Shown piece after piece: positions 1 through 9,091 of a stretch of DNA of 64,000 nucleotides. Under the pieces are notes generated by a model. The model was given only the letters and a program-made list of their open reading frames with translations. It was not told where the DNA came from and made no database searches. The DNA comes from Cyanophyceae cyanobacterium (lineage in GTDB: Bacteria > Cyanobacteriota > Cyanobacteriia > Cyanobacteriales > JBHJGN01), in assembly GCA_050331735.1 (NCBI GenBank), contig JBHJGN010000001.1, positions 37,869-101,868 on the forward strand, given 5' to 3'. Both the position numbers and the translations under genes were made by a program. Positions within the stretch are counted from its first letter, which is position 1. Each line of letters starts with the position of its first letter.

Positions 1-362
1 GTTCCGCACGTAAGACTGCCCCAAAGCCGGAGAAAGCTCCGGCGGAACATTGAGCAGTACAGGCTAATCACTGGTAGGCTACGGGTGTCGGTTGGTATCG
101 CCACTTTAAGGAGCAGCCAGTGATTCTTCTCGCAGTATGCGAATATACATTTAAGAGCCGACGAGGAATCTTATAATTTGCATCATAAAAATTAAAGAAT
201 AGACTTGTAATCAGTAAAATCGCGGTCTTTTGCTCTTCTCTGGGAAGAGAAGCGGCGGGGATCGCCTAGTCATCACAACCAGGAATTGATACTCAAAGCG
301 CAGCTAGAACCTTTGCCAAATGATGCTTTGAGCCAGCTCAGTTTTAAGCTTGTTTATTGTCT

Positions 363-1580
363 ATGACTTCAACCAACATCTCGCAAGAACCAGCCCCCCT
401 CGCCCGACAAACTAAACCGCTGGTTTGGCTTAAGAAAAATTTATTTAGTACCTGGTACAACAGTATTCTCACCGTTGTCAGTCTCTTGCTGATCTATTGG
501 TTAGCAACGGGATTTGTTTCTTGGCTCTTAACTGAAGCAGATTGGGGAGTTATTCAAGCGAATCTGCGTCTATTTTTTGTCGGTCGCTACCCGGCGGAGC
601 TACTGTGGCGTACCTGGGCCACTCTGGGCTTGATTGTGGCCCTAGGAGGATTTAGCTGGGGCGTTCTGGCGCGTTCGTCGCGGCTGTTCAATCGAACTAG
701 CTTAATTGTATTAGCGATCGCCGCCGCCGTTAGCGTTGTCCTGGCCTTGCCCGTCAGTGCAGTAGCGACGCTACTGCTGCTGGGGATGCTGATACTGCTC
801 GTTGTGGCCGCGGTCCTAGGACAACAAATTGCTCAGCGGGCAGAATCATTGGCCAACTGGCTGCCGCTGCTGTGGCTGCTGGCTTTTTTTGTCGGGCTGT
901 GGCTGCTTCAGGGTGGGTTCTTCCTGCGGCGCGTCCGCCTCGACAACTTCAGCGGACTAATCCTGACGCTGCTGGTGGCGGTGGTCAGTATTGTGCTGTC
1001 GTTTCCGTTTGGGGTGCTGCTTGCCTTGGGGCGGCAAAGCCATCTCCCCGTGATTCGCTGGCTGTCGATTGCCTACATCGAAGTGATTCGGGGCTTGCCT
1101 CTAATTGGAATTCTGTTTATGGCTCAGGTGATGCTGCCCCTGGTGCTGCCGGTGGGGGTGCGACCTGATCGGGTCGTGCGGGCGATCGCCGGATTTACCC
1201 TCTTTAGCGCAGCCTACCTAGCAGAAAACGTGCGGGGCGGCCTACAGTCGGTTCCGAGAGGTCAAGCCGAAGCCGCCAGAGCCTTGGGTCTTAATTCTCT
1301 GCTGGTCGTGGGCCTGATTGTGCTGCCCCAGGCGCTGAAGGCGGTTATTCCCACGATTGTCGGCCAGTTTATCAGTCTGTTTAAAGATACCTCCCTGCTG
1401 GCGATCGTCGGCTTGGTGGAGCTTCTCGGCATCTCTCAATCGATTCTGTCTAACCCGAAGTTTATTGGCGAGTACGCAGAAGTGTATCTATTTGTCGCGT
1501 TAATCTATTGGCTCTGCTGCTATTCAATGGCTTTAGCGAGTAGAAGATTAGAAAAGCAGTTAAATGCTGGTCAGAGATGA
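363..1580 (+). CDS. amino acid ABC transporter permease (HisM/GlnP family, long AapM/NatH-like form)
   Basis: 407-aa ORF (track 357..1580 starts at TTG; first ATG at 363). Many hydrophobic helices. Permease EAA-type loop FSAAYLAENVRGGLQSVPRGQAEAARALGL. Followed by a GlnQ-type ATPase gene. Confidence 0.85.
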   Translation: MTSTNISQEPAPLARQTKPLVWLKKNLFSTWYNSILTVVSLLLIYWLATGFVSWLLTEADWGVIQANLRLFFVGRYPAELLWRTWATLGLIVALGGFSWGVLARSSRLFNRTSLIVLAIAAAVSVVLALPVSAVATLLLLGMLILLVVAAVLGQQIAQRAESLANWLPLLWLLAFFVGLWLLQGGFFLRRVRLDNFSGLILTLLVAVVSIVLSFPFGVLLALGRQSHLPVIRWLSIAYIEVIRGLPLIGILFMAQVMLPLVLPVGVRPDRVVRAIAGFTLFSAAYLAENVRGGLQSVPRGQAEAARALGLNSLLVVGLIVLPQALKAVIPTIVGQFISLFKDTSLLAIVGLVELLGISQSILSNPKFIGEYAEVYLFVALIYWLCCYSMALASRRLEKQLNAGQR

Positions 1581-1715
1581 AGCAAGCAGTAACGCTTGAG
1601 AAGCGTACTAGCGAGGCAGAGAGGTACAAGCTTATGCTTTTGTTGCAAAATCAACAGATTAGCCCGAATAAACCGAGATAATTGATCTATAATTTAGCGT
1701 TTTCAATTTTTTGAT

Positions 1716-2495
1716 ATGACCCGCTCCGATCTTGATACAGATATGGCTCAAGAAGCTTCCGTCAGCGACATTATCGTGGCCGATGATGTCCATAAGTGGT
1801 ACGACAATGACTTTCACGTGCTGCGGGGAGTCAATCTGACCGTGAATAAGCAGGAAGTGGTCGTCATTATGGGGCCTTCTGGTTCGGGAAAATCGACTTT
1901 CATCCGCACGTTTAATGCTTTAGAGCCTTATCAAAAAGGCAAAATCGTCGTGGACGGCACTGAGCTGTCCCACGATTTAAAAAACATTGAAACAATTCGC
2001 CGGGAAGTGGGCATGGTGTTTCAGCAGTTTAACTTGTTTCCCCATCTCAGCGTTCTCAAAAATGTGACGCTCGCGCCAATTTGGGTGCGTCGCTGGCCCA
2101 AGAAAAAAGCCGAAGAAGTGGCCATGCAGCTTCTCGAGCGAGTGGGAATTTTAGAACAGGCCCATAAGTATCCCGGGCAACTTTCTGGCGGGCAACAGCA
2201 GCGAGTGGCGATCGCCCGCGCCCTCGCCATGCAGCCCAAAGTCATGCTGTTTGACGAACCCACCTCCGCCCTCGATCCAGAAATGGTCAGAGAAGTGCTA
2301 GACACCATGCGCAGCTTAGCCAGTTCTGGCATGACAATGGTTTGCGTCACCCACGAAGTCGGCTTCGCCCGGGAAGTAGCCGACCGCGTAGTGCTGATGG
2401 ACGAAGGAACCATTGTCGAAATTGCCAAGCCAGAAGAATTTTTCAACAATCCCCAAGAAGAACGTTCCCAAAAGTTCCTCTCCCAAATTCTTTAG
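1716..2495 (+). CDS. amino acid ABC transporter ATP-binding protein (GlnQ/AapP/BgtA-like)
   Basis: Walker [13 protein letters not shown] signature [15 protein letters not shown], Walker [13 protein letters not shown]-loop VTHE. Lies directly downstream of the permease. Confidence 0.9.
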   Translation: MTRSDLDTDMAQEASVSDIIVADDVHKWYDNDFHVLRGVNLTVNKQEVVVIMGPSGSGKSTFIRTFNALEPYQKGKIVVDGTELSHDLKNIETIRREVGMVFQQFNLFPHLSVLKNVTLAPIWVRRWPKKKAEEVAMQLLERVGILEQAHKYPGQLSGGQQQRVAIARALAMQPKVMLFDEPTSALDPEMVREVLDTMRSLASSGMTMVCVTHEVGFAREVADRVVLMDEGTIVEIAKPEEFFNNPQEERSQKFLSQIL

Positions 2496-2531
2496 CCCTG
2501 ACAGAAGTTGGCAGTCAGCAATTCGCTCATT

Positions 2532-4649
2532 CTAATACCTCCGTTCTCTTTCCCCTTTCCCCTTTTCCCGTTGCGGAGCAACAGTTTCCCTGCCCCCTCC
2601 CGCAGGGACCAACGGCCTAGACGCATGCACCAACGGCAGTAAGGGTCCGGTCTGTTCGGTGCCGTTAACTCCCAAATCGCTGTGGCACAGAAACACTCTT
2701 TCCTCGACCCGCCCAAGAACATCCTTGAGGATACGCTGCAAACGCTGTTGGTCCGCCTCTAGCTGCTCTTCCGATGTCCACCGATGCCCAGACCATCCCC
2801 TCAGAAACAGCGGTGCGGCAAACAACGTCGCCGCGCCGCCCTTCTCCCAAAGACTCGATGAGGCATCTAGCCAAAACTGCCAGCGGTGGGCGCTCCGCCG
2901 CGAGCGGTACTGAAAGATGGTGGCCATCATCACCGCGCCCTGGTCGCCAAACGAACGCGTTGGGCGTGGATTGGCGGTAATGGTTCCCCGGCGCAATAGC
3001 TGCACAAACTGGGCCACCGTTGCCGTTGCCGACTGGAAACTCGGCTCGTTCTGCCGCAGTCGGCGGTCTACCTCCCAGTAGTGCTGAGCGGTTTCCATCA
3101 GTTCGCGGAGGGCAGAGAGCTGGTCGTAGGCACAATAGCTGCTGAGAAACCGCTCGCTGGCCTGGTTCAACAACGCGATCGCACTGGTAGGCTTCGGTAG
3201 CGCTTTGGCCCATTTTAGCCACTCCACAATCTCTTGATAAGCAGCCGTAGCGCGGTGTCCGAGGCGGTCCCAGCGCGGAAATGCTTCGACCGCTAGCAGG
3301 CGCGGCTGTTCTGGATCGACCTGGTAGCAATAATCGGCTAGTAACCCAGCTCGAACGGGGTCTATCCTGGGTGCTAATCGTCCCGGCTCGGCATCGTTAT
3401 CTTGACTCAGCATTACTAGCATTTCAGCGACTGCATCTCGATCTACTAAACGTCCTAACCCCGGATACACCAGCGATAGTAACGTCAGCAGAGCGCGAAT
3501 CAGCGGCGAACTGGCCAGAGGACGCTGTTCGTTGAGCGGCTCAACGGGAATACCGTGACCAGAGAGAATTTCAATGAGGGTATAGCGAGCAATTTCGTCT
3601 AAACCAGGAGCAATAATGACAATTTCTGAGGGTTCGACGGCTCCGGTTGTCACTCCGTGGGCGATTGTCGCGGCAGTTTCGCGCAGCAGTTCGGCGCGAG
3701 AGATAGTCTGAATCGACTGCACCGAGGCTGGTAGACTGACGAGAATTGGCTCTGTGACCAAGGCAACAGCAGTTTGGGGCAAGTCATCCTTCTCTAAAGA
3801 AAGGGTTATCTGTTGACAGCGAGACGCTAAGCTCGCTAGGTACTCCGGATCGGCCCCTAAACCAAGCCGGACCTGAGAGTTGGGGTTATAGGTAAACACG
3901 CCCCAGGCTTTCTGGTCGAGCAGAAAATCAAACAAATCTTTAGCAATGGCCGGGTAGTCATCTACATCATCAGCAAAGACGGCCCGATAGCGATGGGAAA
4001 GATGTTGCTGATAGGTCGGGTCTGGAAGGAGGTAACGCCAGTACAGTTCGTACATCAGACCGTAGGTGAGCAAGCCTCGATGCAGGCACCACTGCCGCCA
4101 TGACCTCAGCAGCGCTTCCTCATCAAGAGCCACAGCAGGTGATCGCTCTTCGTCTAGTCCCTGCTCAAGAATAGTTCCAATCTGCTCGGCCTCAATTCCG
4201 CTGGCTCCCGCTAGCTGGAAGAGATCGAGTAAGCGGCGGACCAGGCGATATTGAGGAATGTCGGTAAGCTGAAGCTGCTCTAGCGGCTCTCGCCACAGTT
4301 GCGTTGCCAGTTCCTGCTCTGTTTCAGGACGCAGCCGGACCGGGAATTGAGCTTTCAGATTCAGCTTGTTAAATAGCAGCGGCCAAAACAAAATTACTTC
4401 ATCGGAAATAAATCCCAGAGGCGTTTTCGAGATCGCTGGATAACTTCCTTCGATGGCTGTCGAGAGGCGGTCGGCTAGGTTTTGACGACACTCGTCATTG
4501 GCTGCCAGAACTAACACCGCCGCTGTCATCTGCTTCGCGGGATGTTTGCTTCTGCTCCCCTTCACCCACCGACGAAACTCCTGCACCAACCGACTGGTTT
4601 TGCCAGTGCGCGTAGCTCCGGTAATCCAAACTGATAAAAGCAGCACCAT
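2532..4649 (-). CDS. UvrD/Rep-like superfamily 1 helicase-related P-loop protein, divergent motifs
   Basis: 705-aa ORF. N-terminal Walker A GATRTGKTS. Acidic box FADDVDDYP sits where SF1 helicases have DExQD. Length and layout resemble UvrD/AddB-type proteins. The last ~25 codons lie inside a repeat element. Confidence 0.5.
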   Translation of the reverse strand: MVLLLSVWITGATRTGKTSRLVQEFRRWVKGSRSKHPAKQMTAAVLVLAANDECRQNLADRLSTAIEGSYPAISKTPLGFISDEVILFWPLLFNKLNLKAQFPVRLRPETEQELATQLWREPLEQLQLTDIPQYRLVRRLLDLFQLAGASGIEAEQIGTILEQGLDEERSPAVALDEEALLRSWRQWCLHRGLLTYGLMYELYWRYLLPDPTYQQHLSHRYRAVFADDVDDYPAIAKDLFDFLLDQKAWGVFTYNPNSQVRLGLGADPEYLASLASRCQQITLSLEKDDLPQTAVALVTEPILVSLPASVQSIQTISRAELLRETAATIAHGVTTGAVEPSEIVIIAPGLDEIARYTLIEILSGHGIPVEPLNEQRPLASSPLIRALLTLLSLVYPGLGRLVDRDAVAEMLVMLSQDNDAEPGRLAPRIDPVRAGLLADYCYQVDPEQPRLLAVEAFPRWDRLGHRATAAYQEIVEWLKWAKALPKPTSAIALLNQASERFLSSYCAYDQLSALRELMETAQHYWEVDRRLRQNEPSFQSATATVAQFVQLLRRGTITANPRPTRSFGDQGAVMMATIFQYRSRRSAHRWQFWLDASSSLWEKGGAATLFAAPLFLRGWSGHRWTSEEQLEADQQRLQRILKDVLGRVEERVFLCHSDLGVNGTEQTGPLLPLVHASRPLVPAGGGRETVAPQREKGKGERERRY
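2538..2610. repeat. hairpin + G-tract modular repeat, single arm (C-rich on + strand)
   Basis: Sequence CCTCCGTTCTCTTTCCCCTTTCCCCTTTTCCC, then GTTGC-GGA-GCAAC (2570-2582), then TCCCTGC-ccccctcc-GCAGGGA (2587-2608). Same module type as at 16447, 57540 and 61412. Confidence 0.8.
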
Positions 4650-4845
4650 TTCCCTTCAGTTAGTTTGATAGCATTTTTGCTACATTCAGTATGATGTTTT
4701 TGGTCGTCTTCATCACCTTAACAGCTTGTCAAGAGCAGCAAGCAGCAAATTAACTGACTCCCGGCTGTCTTCTCTTCTACAGTTAAAGCTGGGAGGTTTT
4801 CACTATCTCCAACCGACATCTATTGTTAAAACTGTAGCAGTTTCA

Positions 4846-6195
4846 ATGATTAATGCTATTTTTCGGGTTGCTAAGCAATGGTTTTCTGATACGCCAGAAA
4901 GTTCCTTGGAGCAGGCCTATCAAGCAGCTCTCACGGTCAAAGCTATCGAAGAACAACACTTCAACGGTCAACAAGTTTCTCAATTCCCTAACTACAGCGA
5001 AAGTGTCGCTGCTTATTTTCAAGCAGAAGTCAAGAAATATGTCAAGATAGCCCGAATTAAGCTGGCCGAGTTTCAGGCTAGTAGCTCACTCCCGCTCACT
5101 CCAACCAGCAAAACAGGAACCCGCACTGCTCTAAGAACCAACAGCTTAGAATCCTCTAGCCGGGAATATTCTGCGATTTTAGAGAAGCTAAAATTGATTG
5201 ACAGCGTTATCTCGAAATATTCTCACGAAGAGATAGCAAGCGGCACTTCTCCTCGGGCTCAGGCTGACAAGCTTGGCAAAATAGCTCAGAGTCAAGGCAA
5301 ATTAAGACCCCCCAGTAGCCAAATTAGCTTGCAGAACAAAAAGATTAGTAGAGCTAAGGTTGAGCATGAAGCAAGCATGGAAACCGTTACGGATAAAACA
5401 GGAGTTCTCCCGCGCTCTTTCTTAAGAACATTTAATAGAATTAAGCAGGAAATAGATCCTAATTCAGAAGAGACAGAAGAAAAAGTTCTGAAAAAATTTA
5501 GAACCTCTAGAAACAAAACAACCGTCTCTGTCAAATTCTTTTTGCTGCTAATTATTATTCCACTGCTAACGCATCAGGTCACTAAAGCCTTTATTGTTAG
5601 TCCCATTGTTGAATACTATTTTGCTAGACACCCGCAGATCGTGTTTGTCAATCAAGACTTGCAAGAAGAAGCTTTTATCGAGCTACAGAGATTTGAAGAG
5701 GGATTGCGCTTCAAAAGCTTGCTCGGTTTAGCTCCTAATTTTACAGCAGAAAAAGCCGAGGAGCAGCTCAGAGAAAAAGCAACGGAAGTTGCCGAAAATT
5801 TCCGCCATCGAGGAGCAGATGCCGTAGAGAATATTTTTGCCGACATTTTTTCGCTGGCGGCCTTTGCGACAATTATTTATACAAGCAAAAAAGAAATCTT
5901 AATTGTTAAATCATTTCTGGATGAGATTATCTACGGACTCAGTGATTCTGCCAAAGCTTTTCTAATTATTCTCTTAACGGATATGTTCGTTGGCTATCAC
6001 TCTCCGCACGGCTGGGAAGTCATTCTAGAGGGCGTTAGTCGGCACTTCGGTCTCCCAGAAAACCGAGAGTTTAATTTTCTCTTTATTGCTACTTTTCCAG
6101 TTATCTTAGATACAGTATTAAAGTATTGGATCTTTCGCTACCTCAACCGGATTTCTCCGTCTGCTGTTGCTACCTACAGAAATATGAATGAGTAA
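4846..6195 (+). CDS. pxcA: proton extrusion protein PxcA (CemA/Ycf10 family)
   Basis: C-terminal region YHSPHGWEVILE...FIATFPVILDTVLKYWIFRYLNRISPSAVATYRNMNE is the CemA/PxcA signature. The track ORF starts at TTG 4726. ATG 4846 (MINAIFRVAKQWF..TPESSLEQAY) gives the usual ~450 aa. Confidence 0.85.
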   Translation: MINAIFRVAKQWFSDTPESSLEQAYQAALTVKAIEEQHFNGQQVSQFPNYSESVAAYFQAEVKKYVKIARIKLAEFQASSSLPLTPTSKTGTRTALRTNSLESSSREYSAILEKLKLIDSVISKYSHEEIASGTSPRAQADKLGKIAQSQGKLRPPSSQISLQNKKISRAKVEHEASMETVTDKTGVLPRSFLRTFNRIKQEIDPNSEETEEKVLKKFRTSRNKTTVSVKFFLLLIIIPLLTHQVTKAFIVSPIVEYYFARHPQIVFVNQDLQEEAFIELQRFEEGLRFKSLLGLAPNFTAEKAEEQLREKATEVAENFRHRGADAVENIFADIFSLAAFATIIYTSKKEILIVKSFLDEIIYGLSDSAKAFLIILLTDMFVGYHSPHGWEVILEGVSRHFGLPENREFNFLFIATFPVILDTVLKYWIFRYLNRISPSAVATYRNMNE

Positions 6196-6452
6196 TGGGG
6201 GTTCTTGATGCGATTGCTAGGGAAGAGAGCTTCAATCCCTTGATACATCATATTCTAAGACGGCGATCTGGCTGATTGAGTTGTGTGGCCCTCAACTAGG
6301 CCTGCTGGCCATCAACAACGAATCACCAGCGATTTTTCGGCTCTATTCTACTCCATTTAGTAACGCCAAGAGATAAATTGTCAGTTAATTTAAACTATGC
6401 TCGATCACTCTTATAGATTGCTATAGTAGACAAGGCTTGAATAAAGATTATT

Positions 6453-6548
6453 ATGTCTCCCCACGATCTACTCCTGTTGGTTCTGTTGCTCAGTCCCGGT
6501 CTGCTGCTGTCGGTGCTGGTGATGCTGACTTTTGCCAAGGGTGGCTAG
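6453..6548 (+). CDS. possible small hydrophobic peptide (31 aa), not on the ORF track
   Basis: ATG 6453 to TAG 6546-6548 encodes MSPHDLLLLVLLLSPGLLLSVLVMLTFAKGG, a single TM-like helix. No clear Shine-Dalgarno and no family recognised. Confidence 0.25.
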   Translation: MSPHDLLLLVLLLSPGLLLSVLVMLTFAKGG

Positions 6549-6594
6549 CGCTAATAGAGAACTAGCTGATTCTGCGACCGTGTTCTGAACCCAG

Positions 6595-6942
6595 TTATGA
6601 TTCTTCGCTATCGTTTTTGACATTGAGAGAGTTAGAGTCAGACAGCGTTTCTTCTAAATCCCGACGCTGTTCCATCTGCCGCAGAAAATACCCCGTCATC
6701 ATCGCGGAGGCTAGCAAATTAGCGAGGTTCTCTCGATTGGTCGTGACGTGGACATTAAAATTCTCCATCGGCAGCATCCCTACGAGGCCGCGAACGTTCT
6801 GAGAAATAATTTGTTTAATTTCTGGGCTGGCCGATTGAGCCACCTGCGCTAAAATTTCTGGATGCTGTTGCTGAAGATACTGCCAAAGAGTATTACTTTG
6901 CTGTTCTGGGTCAGAATTAAAAAAATCAGCGTCAAAAAACAT
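6595..6942 (-). CDS. DUF760 family protein
   Basis: 115 aa. LWQYLQ...PE....V....SPE....I..NV.GLVG.LP...F.V.V.T.RE.LA.LL.SAMMTGYFLR matches my memory of the cyanobacterial/plastid DUF760 family. Confidence 0.65.
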   Translation of the reverse strand: MFFDADFFNSDPEQQSNTLWQYLQQQHPEILAQVAQSASPEIKQIISQNVRGLVGMLPMENFNVHVTTNRENLANLLASAMMTGYFLRQMEQRRDLEETLSDSNSLNVKNDSEES

Positions 6943-7012
6943 GTAGATCTTCGGTGATACACAGAGATATTTCTATTTTACTGTACCGAATAGGAAGCCG
7001 AAGTCCGAAAAA

Positions 7013-7537
7013 CTAACTAACGTGAGGTTTAATTGGGGTAGCTTCTTGAGTGGCTTGGGTATCCAGCTCAAAATACTGGTGAAACTTATCCGTTAACTCT
7101 AGCCAGTAAGAACGGCCATCAGCTTGACGGCGTTTGCGCACAAACCCAAGCTGCACTAGCTCCTGAATTTGTCCGTAGGCACTGCTCCCCCGGAGTTCAA
7201 TCAAAGCCGTTTGTAGGACGGGAGATTTCAGGGCGATCGCCGCGAGCGTTCTTAGAGTACCAGTACCGAGTTCTGCTGGCACCAAATTATGCAGCAGCCC
7301 CGCAAACGGCGGACGTAACTGGAGAGCATATCCCCGAGAAGTTTCGACCACTTCTAAAGCGCTGTCTCGATGGGCATAATCTGCCATCAGCTCAATCAGG
7401 GCGGCTTCTGTGGCCGGGCGATCGCTCTGCACGTACTGGGCAATTTCTGCTAGAGAAAGAGGCTGTCCTTTGAGGTACAGCACCGCTTCAATACGAGTAG
7501 CTAATCGCAACTTCTGCCTCCATAGACGCTCACTCAA
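7013..7537 (-). CDS. scpB: segregation and condensation protein B (SMC-Scp complex subunit ScpB)
   Basis: 174 aa with TTG start. IEAVLYLKGQPLSLAEIAQ... is followed by a second winged-helix-like half (LRTLAAIALKSPVLQTALIELRG), typical of ScpB. Confidence 0.8.
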   Translation of the reverse strand: MSERLWRQKLRLATRIEAVLYLKGQPLSLAEIAQYVQSDRPATEAALIELMADYAHRDSALEVVETSRGYALQLRPPFAGLLHNLVPAELGTGTLRTLAAIALKSPVLQTALIELRGSSAYGQIQELVQLGFVRKRRQADGRSYWLELTDKFHQYFELDTQATQEATPIKPHVS

Positions 7538-7715
7538 TTAAGCCTTAATTTATCAGTAGACGCTGAGCGGTGACCAGTGGCCAGACCAAGTAGCTTACTG
7601 CTCACTCTGGCATTGCTGCCCATCGTCATAATTGCCTAGACCAAACTCGTTTAAAGACAATCCCCCATCAACAATTATCCCACCTAATCCTTACCGCTCC
7701 AGCAACCCCCTTACT

Positions 7716-8561
7716 CTAACCAAGCTGTCTGCCAGTTAACTCGACGAAAATATCTTCTAAGTTAGATTCGCGACTCATCATGCCCGTTTTATCCGGCTGG
7801 GAGTCAAGATAACGATGAGCTGCGGCGAGATCGGCAAAGAATTTGTATTCTAAACGGTCGCCTCCTTGCACGACGAGTCCCTTGCCGTAGCGAGAGCGCA
7901 GGGCTTCAGGAGTCCCCAACTCGATCAGTCGTCCCGCATTCATAATGCCAAGGCGATCGCACAAAAATTCGGCCTCTTCCATGTAGTGAGTGGTCAGTAC
8001 AATGGTCATTCCTTGGCGATTAAGATCTCGAATGATTTCCCACAGACGACGACGAGTTTGTGGATCTAAACCAACAGTAGGTTCGTCTAAAAAGAGCACC
8101 TGGGGATAATGCAGCAGCGCTCTTGCAATCTGCAAGCGGCGCTTCATCCCGCCAGAAAGAGTTTTAGCAAGGGCATCCCGGCGCTCGGTTAGCTCTACAT
8201 ACTCTAGCCATTGCTCAATTAACTGCTGCCGTCTCGGATGCGGAATATGGTGCATACGCCCGTGAAACTCCATGTTCTCCCACACCGAGAGGTCGCCGTC
8301 AACGCTAGTTTGCTGCAAAACAACCCCGATGTTCTGTTTAATCTTGGCTGGTTGACTAATCGGGAATCCCGCTACCTCAATCTGACCTTGAGTTGGCTTG
8401 GTCAGAGTAATCAACATCCGAATCGTGGTTGTTTTTCCGGCTCCATTAGGACCGAGTAAGCCAAACATTTCTCCAGCTTCAATTGAGAAAGACAAACCAT
8501 CGACGACTGGAACCTGTTTATAGAGCTTGTAAACGTCTTTAAGAACAACAGCGGCAACCAT
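7716..8561 (-). CDS. ABC transporter ATP-binding protein (ABC-2/DrrA-like exporter ATPase)
   Basis: Walker A GPNGAGKTT, signature LSGGMKRRLQIARAL, Walker B LFLDEPTVGLD. No permease gene adjacent. Confidence 0.85.
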   Translation of the reverse strand: MVAAVVLKDVYKLYKQVPVVDGLSFSIEAGEMFGLLGPNGAGKTTTIRMLITLTKPTQGQIEVAGFPISQPAKIKQNIGVVLQQTSVDGDLSVWENMEFHGRMHHIPHPRRQQLIEQWLEYVELTERRDALAKTLSGGMKRRLQIARALLHYPQVLFLDEPTVGLDPQTRRRLWEIIRDLNRQGMTIVLTTHYMEEAEFLCDRLGIMNAGRLIELGTPEALRSRYGKGLVVQGGDRLEYKFFADLAAAHRYLDSQPDKTGMMSRESNLEDIFVELTGRQLG

Positions 8562-8676
8562 AGAATTAACTTTTCAGAGAAGTGTGGGGAAAGAACAAAG
8601 GGACAAGCAAGCGCTTTAAGCAAGCCTTGAGGAGCAGCTCAATCCTGAATGACCATTTATAATCTACAATCTTCTG

Positions 8677-8946
8677 CTATTCAATAATGCTCGCTTCCCA
8701 ATCGCTGTCTGGATACTCAATTTCCCGGAGAGTTTTCCAACCTGAATGCCAGAGAGCCTCATCTTTAAGCTGTTTGGCATTGACCCAAAACCGCACACTG
8801 GGGTCGCAAGAGGCCACCATCTCAGCAAATACCCACTGGCCCTGATTTTTCCGGTTGATCACCTGAAAATGACGCCAGCCCCAGGTTTTTTGTCTGGCAG
8901 TCCACTTGGAGCCGAGGAGATGAGGAAATTTGAGTTTTTTCGTCAT
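8677..8946 (-). CDS. tryptophan-rich small conserved protein (TIGR02450-like)
   Basis: Internal ATG at 8946 gives 89 aa, MTKKLKFPHLLGSKWTARQKTWGWRHFQVI..., with 8 Trp. The longer track ORF (to 9102) overlaps the divergent wza-like start and is probably over-extended. Confidence 0.55.
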   Translation of the reverse strand: MTKKLKFPHLLGSKWTARQKTWGWRHFQVINRKNQGQWVFAEMVASCDPSVRFWVNAKQLKDEALWHSGWKTLREIEYPDSDWEASIIE

Positions 8947-9091
8947 TTTCACTATTGCGTCGCTACTATAGGTTATGACTATCAGGAAAGCAAGATCCTC
9001 GTAAAGAGGGGCTAGGACTGCCTCAAAAGTATTAGCAAAATTATTTTTTGCCGCCAATTCGGTCATTAATAGTGTTAATCTAATCGCAATT

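Noticed and set aside
1-130. Hairpins at the window start (GTTCCGC..GCGGAAC enclosing CCGGAG-AAAG-CTCCGG; ATCACTGG..CCAGTGAT) that might be a riboswitch, SRP RNA or the end of an upstream gene
   Set aside because: They do not match the glutamine-riboswitch or SRP helix-8 consensus as I remember them. The window edge truncates the context. A frame-3 ORF ending near nt 53 is too short to call.
714-721. GCGATCGC palindromes (for example 714-721, 1182-1189, 2208-2215 and many more)
   Set aside because: This is the known HIP1 octamer of cyanobacteria. It is useful for taxonomic inference but is not a local feature or a novel signal.
2665-3330. Long antisense or alternative-frame ORFs inside well-supported genes (for example 2665..3330, 2021..2449, 872..1168, 29530..29943, 30568..30945, 53461..53844, 56515..57078, 54158..54574)
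   Set aside because: Each lies wholly within a gene that has strong family motifs in another frame or strand. Their Arg/Ser/Pro/Gly-rich composition is typical of off-frame translation of GC-biased coding DNA.
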